A DNA stretch of 64,000 bases from an uncultured Candidatus Saccharibacteria bacterium. GTDB taxonomy: Bacteria; Patescibacteriota; Minisyncoccia; UBA6257; 2-01-FULL-56-20. A model generated the notes under the pieces. It saw nothing but the letters and a program-made list of their open reading frames with translations, searched no databases and had not been told where the DNA came from. The stretch lies in NCBI GenBank assembly GCA_964361095.1, contig CAYHZA010000003.1:31773-95772 (forward strand), written 5' to 3'. The translations under genes were made by a program, and so were the position numbers. Position 1 is the first letter of the stretch, and each line of letters opens with the position of its first letter. Positions 55,793 to 64,000 of the stretch are shown here, in pieces.

Positions 55793-55978
55793 TTATGAGA
55801 TAAGAGCTTCAAGCGCTTCAAGAAAAATATAATCGAACGCGCCCAAAAATACCGCGAGAATCAACGAAAGTCCGACAACCACCGCCGTAAGATACATCGC
55901 CTCTTGTCGGGTCGGCCAATTCACATGCCGCCACTCTTGGCGCGCTTCCTCCAGAAAATTCTTTATTTTTTTTATCAT
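55793..55978 (-). CDS. secE: preprotein translocase subunit SecE
   Basis: 61 aa: EARQEWRHVNWPTRQEAMYLTAVVVGLSLILAVFLGAFDYIF. Confidence 0.8.
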   Translation of the reverse strand: MIKKIKNFLEEARQEWRHVNWPTRQEAMYLTAVVVGLSLILAVFLGAFDYIFLEALEALIS

Positions 55979-56120
55979 ACGTCTCTCTTAATTTAAAAAG
56001 CCCCCCATTGGGTACTTTTTCTTACAGCCCTATCTTACCAAAACATGAGTCCGCTGTCCAGCAGTGTAGGGCGATACAGGAACAACCCAAAACCAGAGCT
56101 CAAATGCACCACCCCAAAAC

Positions 56121-58079
56121 CTATATGTCCAAATTCTTGACTCCCGAAGCGTGTGCCTGAATAAACTGGCGACGGGGCGCCACTTCATCCCCCATGAGGA
56201 TATCAAAGAGACGATCGGCTTCGAGTGCGTCGTCCACCACCACGCGCTTTAAAAGCCTACGCGCGGGATCCATTGTAGTCTCCCATAATTGTGACGGATT
56301 CATCTCGCCCAATCCTTTGTATCGTTGGATATTTGGATTTACCCCTTTGAGACCTTTTACTATCTTTTCCTTATCCACGTCGGTGTACGCGTAATGAACC
56401 TCTTTGCCGGACTGAATCCGATAAAGCGGAGGTTGGGCAATATAAAGGTACCCACTCTCAATAATTTTCGGGAAATAGCGGTAGAAGAGAGTTAAAAGAA
56501 GCGTTCGGATGTGCGCGCCGTCCACGTCCGCATCGCTCATCAAAACAATCTTGTGATAACGGATGTTCTCGATATTGAACTCGTCGGCAATCGCGGTCCC
56601 GATCGCAATGACAAGCGTTCTAATTTCTTGATTCGCAAGCATCTTGTCGAGCCGGGCTTTTTCAACATTTAAAGGTTTCCCCCGCAAGGGCAGAATCGCC
56701 TGGGTCATCCGGTCTCTTCCTTGTTTTGCCGAACCGCCTGCCGAATCACCCTCCACGATAAAAAGTTCCGAATCGGCGGGGCTCCGCGAACTGCAGTCGG
56801 CAAGCTTTCCCGGAAGCGTCAGTCCTCCGAAGACACCCTTCCGAAGTACCGTATCTTTCGCGGCTTTTGCCGCCTTCCTTGCCTTCGCGGCAAGAAGAAC
56901 TTTTTCAATTACCCGCCGCCCTTCTTGCGGCCGCTTCTCAAAAAATTCTTTGAGCGCTTCGTTTACCACGCTCTCCACCGCGGTGCGCGCTTCAGTGTTG
57001 CCGAGACGAGCCTTCGTTTGCCCCTCGAACTGCGGTTCACGGATCTTTACGGAAACAACGACCACCAATCCCTCGCGCACGTCATCACTTGTGATATTCT
57101 CGTCCTTTTCTTTGAGGTATCCTTCGGCGCGCGCGTAGGTGTTCAACGTCCGCGTGAGCGCGGAACGAAACCCCGTCAAATGCATGCCGCCGTCCGGCGT
57201 GTAAATATTGTTCGCGAAACTTAACTCTTTTGTTTCAAAATCCTGCAGATAGGTAAACGCAGTCTCAACTTCTACATTCTCGCTGTTTTTGTTGACGTAA
57301 AAAATTTCTTCCTGAAGAGATTTCTCTCCATGACTTAAATATTTAATGAATGATAAAATTCCGCCTTCAAAATAAAATCCGTGAAAATGCGGCGGCGCTT
57401 TACGACGATCGAAAAAGTTGATCCGTACGCCTTTGGTAAGATACGCCTGTTGGCGCAAGTGATCGAAGATACGCTTCGCGTCGAACTCGATCTTCGAAAA
57501 CACAGTACTGTCGGGAATAAACGTAACCTTCGTGCCGATGCGGTCGGTACTCCCGATCTTTTTTACCTTCGCCTCCGGAGCGCCTCGCTTATACTCCTGC
57601 ATATAAACGCTTCCTCCGCGATACACTTGCACCTCGAGCCACTCGGAGAGCGCGTTCACGACGGAAACACCCACGCCGTGAAGTCCTCCGGCAACTTTGT
57701 ATGATTCTCCACCGAATTTTCCTCCCGCGTGAAGCGTGGTAAGCACCGTCTCCAGGGCGGACTTCTTTGTTTGTGGATGGATGTCAACCGGAATGCCGCG
57801 TCCATCATCGGTTACGATAACTTTATTGCCGGGCAACAATTCAACGGTGATTACCTTGGCGTACCCCGCCATCGCTTCGTCAATGGAGTTGTCCACGACT
57901 TCCCAGACAAGGTGGTGTAACCCATCCGGTCCCGTTGAACCGATATACATTCCCGGCCGCTTTCTTACCGGTTCAAGCCCTTCAAGAACATAAATATCCT
58001 TCGCTTCGTACGAAGGCTCACGGGAAACTTCGGCTTCTGGGATTGTTTTTGGTTTTTCTTCTTTTTGTTTTTTAGGCAT
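56121..58079 (-). CDS. gyrB: DNA gyrase subunit B
   Basis: GHKL ATPase (LHHLVWEVVDNSIDEAMAGY), Toprim (EGDSAGGSAKQGRDR) and PLRGK motifs. Confidence 0.9.
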   Translation of the reverse strand: MPKKQKEEKPKTIPEAEVSREPSYEAKDIYVLEGLEPVRKRPGMYIGSTGPDGLHHLVWEVVDNSIDEAMAGYAKVITVELLPGNKVIVTDDGRGIPVDIHPQTKKSALETVLTTLHAGGKFGGESYKVAGGLHGVGVSVVNALSEWLEVQVYRGGSVYMQEYKRGAPEAKVKKIGSTDRIGTKVTFIPDSTVFSKIEFDAKRIFDHLRQQAYLTKGVRINFFDRRKAPPHFHGFYFEGGILSFIKYLSHGEKSLQEEIFYVNKNSENVEVETAFTYLQDFETKELSFANNIYTPDGGMHLTGFRSALTRTLNTYARAEGYLKEKDENITSDDVREGLVVVVSVKIREPQFEGQTKARLGNTEARTAVESVVNEALKEFFEKRPQEGRRVIEKVLLAAKARKAAKAAKDTVLRKGVFGGLTLPGKLADCSSRSPADSELFIVEGDSAGGSAKQGRDRMTQAILPLRGKPLNVEKARLDKMLANQEIRTLVIAIGTAIADEFNIENIRYHKIVLMSDADVDGAHIRTLLLTLFYRYFPKIIESGYLYIAQPPLYRIQSGKEVHYAYTDVDKEKIVKGLKGVNPNIQRYKGLGEMNPSQLWETTMDPARRLLKRVVVDDALEADRLFDILMGDEVAPRRQFIQAHASGVKNLDI

Positions 58080-58232
58080 TTTTGATACTCAAAAAAATAG
58101 CTCTGTCTAACGGTTGATTTCCCGCAGGAGAGCAAACTTGCCACTAGGCGAGCACGCCAGATAACGTATTTATCTTATCACAAAAAAAGCCACTTTGAAA
58201 TGGCCTTTTTCCATTGAAAATAGCGGGTAAAA

Positions 58233-61200
58233 TTACCGCACCACACATCTGAACCCTGTCTTCTCGTCAGCCGTACCCACAGGAGTAATGCGCAAAGCCA
58301 AACGTCCTGATTTTTCTTCACCTTGGAAACTACCACCCCGCAAGTATCCATAAGGACCACCTCCCGTATCAACCGTAAGATAGTCGGCATGGAGTGTTGG
58401 GCTTACGGCGGTCGTAAGGGGTAAACCTGTTGTTTCATCCACGGTACCGATATAATCCGATGAAACAAATGGGAGAGAATTTATAGTTCCCAAAGTCCAT
58501 TCGGGAAGATTCCCGATCATGTCATAAGCACCAAAGAGAGAGCGGCAGAGAGATGCGGTACCGCTCTTGATGAAACCCCCGTTGAACCAAATAGTAGGGG
58601 TACTTGTACTTGTCTGAAACGTAGCACCAAGAGGAGAGCGGCCAAATCCTGTTTCTGGATCATTCCATGCCATACAGGGTTCGTTGCGGTAACCGGGATC
58701 ACTGTCATAGGGGTCAGGTGTGCCGATAGAAGCTAAATACCACTCGGCTTCAGTGGGAAGACGCTTGCCGTTTGTGACACAAGCCGCTTGTGCCTGTGCT
58801 TGAAAACGATTGATTGAGGGATTCTGGTTTGGGCGGGAAACTGCTCGTCCTGAAGGAAGAATGCTCGCTTCATACTTATCAACACAGAACGCGCCCGGAG
58901 AAGGCACCCAAACCATTCCTTCGGGACAAAGACCGCCAGAGTCGGGAATGATGGTTAATAAACTTCCTACTTCATAGAGACCGTTGTCCCCGCCGTCGTT
59001 CAAGGGAGGAGTTTGTTTCACGAGTGTGGGAGCAGAAGGTGCGACAACGGCGGCTCCGGTACAACTTCCCGTCGTAATCTGACAACCTGCATTACACGTA
59101 AGATTGCCTCCGGAAAAACCAAAGTTGCTACACGAAGCAGTTCCGAAGTCCGCACTATCACACTGTTCACTGACTTGGTTCTTCACGCCATCGCCGCATG
59201 AAGGACCGCCTCCCAAAGAAAGCGTCATCGCGTTCGAGGTTCCCGACTGCGAAACATTGGGAGGTGTCGCTCCGTCTTCGGCAGTCACATAGTAATAGTA
59301 GGTCGTGTTCGAAGTGAGCGCGGTATCGGTGGCGTTGCGAGGGGAAGTAATAGAAACTGTCGCGAATTGAAGGAAGGGACCGAGAGTTGATGTGGAGCGA
59401 AAAACTTTATAGCGTTGGACTCCGGTTGTTGGAAAACCAAGAAGATCATGACTTGGATCCCATGAGATAGATATGGTGGAAGTAGTAATGTTGGTCAACA
59501 AGGGATCACCGGGATTAGAAGGTGGGGTAACATCATTATTCTGGACGGTAACCGAAGACAAAGCCGCAGCAGTATTCCCCGCCGCATCCCGCGCGACTGC
59601 GGAAATCGTATACGTGCCATCAGAAGCAGCCGTTGAATCCCATGTTGGAAGTTCATAAGGAAAGACGGTATCCTCCACTCCGAGATTCGCGCCGTCAAGT
59701 TTGAACTGGACTCCGAAGACTCCTACGAGATCCGAGGCGCTCGCGGAAACAGTAACGGCGTTCCCGGAAACAACAGCGCCAGGCGACGGGAGGATCATGG
59801 AGACCGAGGGTGGAGTGGTGTCCACCACACAACTTCCCGTTCCAATATCGGCAACAACCGCCGCGATCGCCGTGTCGTCAACGGCGTCGCGCGGAAGAGC
59901 GCCCACGGTATCGAGGAGCGGATTGCATCCCAAAGGCTTACGAAGTTCCGCCGTAGTGTTTTCCGTAATTGCGGGAGCGGAACCTATCGGAGAAGCGGCT
60001 GTTCCTATCGTGTTGATATTCGCCTGGGGTGCATCATTTCCATTTACATAAACGGAACCAACACCGGTATCCATCCATAACGATTGACTCGGACTTAATG
60101 TAGAAGAATAAACATTTTTTACCAAATTTCCGCGCGCTTGATAACGCAATCGCGTTCCAAATCCCCCGCTTCCCCAGCTATGTACAATATTATTTCTAAA
60201 ATCAAATGTCGGCTTATTAAGCGTCACTCCCGTTGTGTCCCCCAAGATTGAAGGGTTGCGTTCAAAATTCTTCGTAAGTACATTGTGATGCACCGTCACG
60301 CGATCGGGAATATCTCCGGTTCCAGGACCGGAAATATTCATAGCTTCGGGACTCGGATCAGTGATACCCTTCGCGTCATAAATAATGGAATTCGATATAG
60401 TAACATCACTCACCGATCCATACGTTACTATGGAATCATCACTATGCTGAGAAAGAGACACGTGGTCAATCCAAATATTGCCGCATGCCGCCGTCCCGGC
60501 TTGCGCTCCGCAATACACTTGTATGCCGGGAGCATTTTCGATAGGAGGACCGGTGAGATTGCGTACACGCAGGTGCCGAACTATCACATTATTTGATCCA
60601 CGAATTTCAAACTCAGGAGTGCCTGACGTTATGCTATTGCCGGATCCGTTTATGGTAATCCCAGGTGAAGGTGCGGTTGAGCCATCAATAGTCACGTTAC
60701 TCTTGCCTGATAAACTTAATTTCCCTGAAGTAAGATTGATTGTCCCGCCTGTCGAGAAATAAATACGCGCGCCGCTTGCCCCGACACCGCTCAATGCCGA
60801 TCGCAAACTTCCCGCGCCGGAATCATTGAGATTAGTGACACAAATAATCGACTGACCCGCTCCTCCCGTTGTTCCCGAACCGAAACCTTCCGGATTTCCC
60901 GAAGCCGGCGTATTGCCGCACGAACTCGCCGCTGGCGTTCCCGATGCCTGCGCGGAATTGCCCGAAGTATTTAATGCCGCATCATAAGCGTTCACGACAT
61001 AATAATATGTAGTCCCCGTTGTAAGACCTGTGTTTGAATAATTACTAAGCGTCGTGCTCGCGATTCCGGTATAGGGACCGCCCGAGACCGTGGAACGATA
61101 GACACTGTAACCGGTAACGCCAACGACATCGGTACTGTCGGGCCAATCGAGATCGAGTTGTGTTCCGGATATGGGAGTAACCGAGATAGTTCCGGGAATG

Positions 61201-64000
61201 GAAGGCGGCGTGGTGTCGCCACCGCCACCATTATTCACCGTTACGTTCACTGCGACCGATGTCTGCATGTTAGCGTTCGGCGATGCATCAGTCGCAACCG
61301 CAGTTAGGACATATGGTCCGTCCGATACGAGAGTAGTATTCCAACTCACGCCATAGGGAGATGTCGTATCAACGCCGAGACTCGTAAGCCCTCGGAAAAA
61401 TTCCACTTGCTGGATGCCACTTGCATCCGATGCGGTCGCGGAAACGGGAACGCTTGCCCCCAAAACAGTCGCTCCACTCGCCGGAGCAGTTACGGAAACA
61501 GTCGGAGCGATAGTATCACCACCCGCTCCGGCGGAATACGTAATGGCGAGGGATGGATGAAACGAAACACTTGGCTCCTCGCTTGATCCCATTGCTTTAT
61601 TGCTATCAGAAAGCGCTTCGCTGTTATTTTTCAAAAGCAATCCTTGGTTTGTCCACGTGCCTCCAAACCAATTTTGCACCGCAGTCGTAATATCTAACGT
61701 TGCCGTAACGGGGCTCGCGGCGGAGCAAGTCCCAATACCCGCCGTTGAGGCCAGTGCGGTTGTCGCGGCATCGGTAGAAGCACTCGCTCCTGCGGAACCC
61801 CACGAAGAACCGGTGTCAAAAAGATTCCACGTCGCCGTATTTTCCACCCATGTGCGAAGCGAACGATAAGCCGAAACAACATAACTCGTCGAACCGTTTG
61901 AAGAAAGACATTTGAGCGTAAGTTGTGCTTGAGTAATCGTATCCCCAGAGAAAATTCCGGCATTTGAAAAATCAAAACGAATCAATCCTCGCAACCTTCT
62001 CCCTGATCCGCCAAAATTCCCAATACGCATCTTATCGTCAGTCCCATAATTATTACCAACACTTTCTTCTCTCATTTCTGTGTCATACGTTCCCGTATAC
62101 CCATCTCGACCCTGCTGAAGCGTTACGGTTGCCGACCCCAAAGTTGCCAAAGGAACAATATTGCTGTCCGCGCTCTCATTTCCGGAATAATCGCGCGCGC
62201 TTACCACATACTCATAACTCGTATTCAAAAATGCCGTAATATCGGTACTCGATGGAGAAGCGCTCATCGTACTTGACGCAAGGACGACAATAGAGCTAAA
62301 CGCTCCCGCGCCAGTTCGACGCTTGAGGACATATTCCCTAAGACCGCTCGCCACATCCGTACTAACGGTCCACACAAGCCGAGGCTTGCCTAAAATCAAT
62401 GATCCCGAAAGGGTCGGTATCGAAGGCGGAGTGACATCAAATATTCCAACATTAAGAGTTGCCGTATCGCTTCCGGTACGTCCGGTATTGTCGGTTGCGG
62501 TGAGTGTGAGCATATACGTCCCCTGCGTCGAACAGTTCACGGTTGCCGTTCTCGTGGTTTGCCCGGAACTATAACCTCCTGGAGTTAAGGTGCAACTGCC
62601 CGGAGGAATACTCCATACCATATTACTTACACTTCCATCGTCTTGGGCAATGCCGTTAAAAACAGCATTTGCACCTGTCTGGCCATTTTGATCAACTCCT
62701 GCGTTCGAAACCGGATCCTCATTAACAGAAGCACCCCCAACGCTAAATCGGTAATAGTGATCGCTCCAAGCGCCATTGAGCGTAGGAAAGCTGGCAAGTT
62801 CACTTTTAAATCTCACTCGTGCGTAATAATTGCCGGACGGCAATGTTACGGTAGATTGACAAGTCGTTGCGCTGCTGGAGTTGGGAGGACCTGAATCGTA
62901 GAGAGGAATACCTATCCCTTGGCTATCGAATGTATTCGTATTATCTATTTGACATTGAAATCCTGGTTGGGTTGAAAAACCGAACGGAGAATCTATATTA
63001 ATATTGGCCAGATTATTATTCCCCCAATCAAGTGTCGGTTGCGAACTTGCCGTATTTTCGCGAAGTTCAAAGTCATATGGCCACGACCCTGCGCCAACCT
63101 CATATGCTCCAATATCGGATCTCGAACCACCCCCTAGAGGAATGGAAAGATCTGGGGCTCCGGCATTAATAAGACGGCTGCCTGCGTTGGGTACATAGGT
63201 GGTCGTATTAAAATCGATGGTATTCGTTTGATAGTTAGTTGCTCCCGGCGTTGATGTTGCAACCGTTACACAAGATTGACCACCATATGCCGTTGAATTG
63301 TAAAAAGCGTTATATTCAATCCGATAGTTTACTGGGCAGCTCGTACTGACGATGCCTTCACTGTTAGCCTGGTTAAATCCTACAAAAAGATTATTGCGGA
63401 CACTGGCATATCGAGTGTATGAGTCAAAACGGATTCCTTCCCCCTCATCTGGGGCTCCCGTGTAATCAAAGACATTATTTTCTATGATTGCCGACGGAGG
63501 AGGCTTGCCAGCGTCCGTAGCACGTATCCCTAAAAATTTCCTCGTTCCCGGAGCCCACATCTGAGGAACCTGGAGAACATTGTAGCGGAAAATACTTCCC
63601 CCGGAATTGTAAAATTGAACGCACCCCTCATCGGATTGGCAGGTCATATTGGTAATTTTGTTAAACTCAACTGTTGTCCCCGTTCCGAATCTGCCGAAAG
63701 CTAGTACGTCTTTTGCGGTAATATTTCTTACGACATTATTAGCCCCGAGCGCAACGACAACACATCCTTGCCCCCTCGTACCTCCATTCAAATCATTGTC
63801 AATTACTATATCCTCAATAAGCGTACGATTGTCTCCAAGATAAGCGCTTCCTTCCCAATTTCCAGCCGTAATAACGAATGCAGTACAAGCTAATGACGTA
63901 GGGGGAAAATTGATCGAATGAACTTCAATATCTCGTATAACAAGTCGAGCCGTATACCCGTTATATGACGCATGAGCTCCCCCAAAAATTCCAAATTGTG
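58233..64000 (-). CDS. giant multidomain surface protein (over 1,920 aa, 5' partial) with beta-helix, FN3, Ig-like and Cys-rich regions and a C-terminal FGE/C-type-lectin domain of DGR-target type
   Basis: The frame stays open on the minus strand beyond 63791 to the window end. Pectate-lyase-type repeats (NNVFDYTG...VRNNLFVGFNQ). FN3 (TTPPSIPGTISVTP...YSVYRS...TTYYYVVNAYD). The C-terminus has RLPTEAEWYLAS...YLRGGSFQGEEKSGRLALRITPVGTADEKTGFRCVVR. Confidence 0.8.
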   Translation of the reverse strand, partial: QFGIFGGAHASYNGYTARLVIRDIEVHSINFPPTSLACTAFVITAGNWEGSAYLGDNRTLIEDIVIDNDLNGGTRGQGCVVVALGANNVVRNITAKDVLAFGRFGTGTTVEFNKITNMTCQSDEGCVQFYNSGGSIFRYNVLQVPQMWAPGTRKFLGIRATDAGKPPPSAIIENNVFDYTGAPDEGEGIRFDSYTRYASVRNNLFVGFNQANSEGIVSTSCPVNYRIEYNAFYNSTAYGGQSCVTVATSTPGATNYQTNTIDFNTTTYVPNAGSRLINAGAPDLSIPLGGGSRSDIGAYEVGAGSWPYDFELRENTASSQPTLDWGNNNLANINIDSPFGFSTQPGFQCQIDNTNTFDSQGIGIPLYDSGPPNSSSATTCQSTVTLPSGNYYARVRFKSELASFPTLNGAWSDHYYRFSVGGASVNEDPVSNAGVDQNGQTGANAVFNGIAQDDGSVSNMVWSIPPGSCTLTPGGYSSGQTTRTATVNCSTQGTYMLTLTATDNTGRTGSDTATLNVGIFDVTPPSIPTLSGSLILGKPRLVWTVSTDVASGLREYVLKRRTGAGAFSSIVVLASSTMSASPSSTDITAFLNTSYEYVVSARDYSGNESADSNIVPLATLGSATVTLQQGRDGYTGTYDTEMREESVGNNYGTDDKMRIGNFGGSGRRLRGLIRFDFSNAGIFSGDTITQAQLTLKCLSSNGSTSYVVSAYRSLRTWVENTATWNLFDTGSSWGSAGASASTDAATTALASTAGIGTCSAASPVTATLDITTAVQNWFGGTWTNQGLLLKNNSEALSDSNKAMGSSEEPSVSFHPSLAITYSAGAGGDTIAPTVSVTAPASGATVLGASVPVSATASDASGIQQVEFFRGLTSLGVDTTSPYGVSWNTTLVSDGPYVLTAVATDASPNANMQTSVAVNVTVNNGGGGDTTPPSIPGTISVTPISGTQLDLDWPDSTDVVGVTGYSVYRSTVSGGPYTGIASTTLSNYSNTGLTTGTTYYYVVNAYDAALNTSGNSAQASGTPAASSCGNTPASGNPEGFGSGTTGGAGQSIICVTNLNDSGAGSLRSALSGVGASGARIYFSTGGTINLTSGKLSLSGKSNVTIDGSTAPSPGITINGSGNSITSGTPEFEIRGSNNVIVRHLRVRNLTGPPIENAPGIQVYCGAQAGTAACGNIWIDHVSLSQHSDDSIVTYGSVSDVTISNSIIYDAKGITDPSPEAMNISGPGTGDIPDRVTVHHNVLTKNFERNPSILGDTTGVTLNKPTFDFRNNIVHSWGSGGFGTRLRYQARGNLVKNVYSSTLSPSQSLWMDTGVGSVYVNGNDAPQANINTIGTAASPIGSAPAITENTTAELRKPLGCNPLLDTVGALPRDAVDDTAIAAVVADIGTGSCVVDTTPPSVSMILPSPGAVVSGNAVTVSASASDLVGVFGVQFKLDGANLGVEDTVFPYELPTWDSTAASDGTYTISAVARDAAGNTAAALSSVTVQNNDVTPPSNPGDPLLTNITTSTISISWDPSHDLLGFPTTGVQRYKVFRSTSTLGPFLQFATVSITSPRNATDTALTSNTTYYYYVTAEDGATPPNVSQSGTSNAMTLSLGGGPSCGDGVKNQVSEQCDSADFGTASCSNFGFSGGNLTCNAGCQITTGSCTGAAVVAPSAPTLVKQTPPLNDGGDNGLYEVGSLLTIIPDSGGLCPEGMVWVPSPGAFCVDKYEASILPSGRAVSRPNQNPSINRFQAQAQAACVTNGKRLPTEAEWYLASIGTPDPYDSDPGYRNEPCMAWNDPETGFGRSPLGATFQTSTSTPTIWFNGGFIKSGTASLCRSLFGAYDMIGNLPEWTLGTINSLPFVSSDYIGTVDETTGLPLTTAVSPTLHADYLTVDTGGGPYGYLRGGSFQGEEKSGRLALRITPVGTADEKTGFRCVVR

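Noticed and set aside
55979-56120. Expected tRNA-Trp or rpmG upstream of secE
   Set aside because: No cloverleaf could be folded in the 142-nt spacer on either strand, and no L33-like small ORF was found.
58236-58350. The giant protein's C-terminus as a second VR for the TR at 30137-30252
   Set aside because: There is no nucleotide homology between the two, even though the protein-level pattern is DGR-target-like. Reported instead as an orphan or trans-targeted candidate.

Overview
This 64-kb window looks like a reduced, moderately AT-rich genome of the Candidate Phyla Radiation (Patescibacteria) type. Support for that comes from aminoacyl-tRNA synthetases that are truncated or carry insertions (AlaRS is 590 aa, ThrRS lacks the TGS domain, ValRS has inserts), a DUF4012 protein, large pilin-like proteins and many small palindromic repeats. 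Most genes are on the minus strand. Core content includes an rpmJ-rpsM-rpsK-rpsD-rpoA-rplQ-rplM-rpsI block with infA, the rplK-nusG-secE cluster, rpoD-dnaG, gyrB, valS, alaS, serS, thrS, lepA, gatB, tmk, miaA, alr, pcm, two tRNAs (Pro-GGG, Gly-CCC) and rpmB. Accessory content includes a Doc/Phd toxin-antitoxin pair, a DsbA-VKOR pair, PrsW and site-2 intramembrane proteases, two sigma-70 family factors, a ZnuBC-like ABC transporter, a type IV pilin-like cluster with a LamG-lectin pilin, and a GIY-YIG protein. It also holds a complete diversity-generating retroelement (DGR): reverse transcriptase, an oppositely oriented Avd, a 116-bp TR/VR pair with adenine-specific mismatches, and a GC-rich target gene. 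The right end carries a giant surface protein of more than 1,900 aa (beta-helix, FN3 and Ig domains) whose C-terminus matches the DGR-target C-type-lectin/FGE signature but has no matching TR in the window. RpoA here is the N-terminal domain only, and an alpha-CTD-like HhH domain is fused to the site-2 protease. ValRS carries an inserted ASCH domain. Several families of small repeats (MITE/REP/RPE-like), including a heptanucleotide microsatellite, occur inside and between essential genes, with in-frame copies inside valS and miaA.
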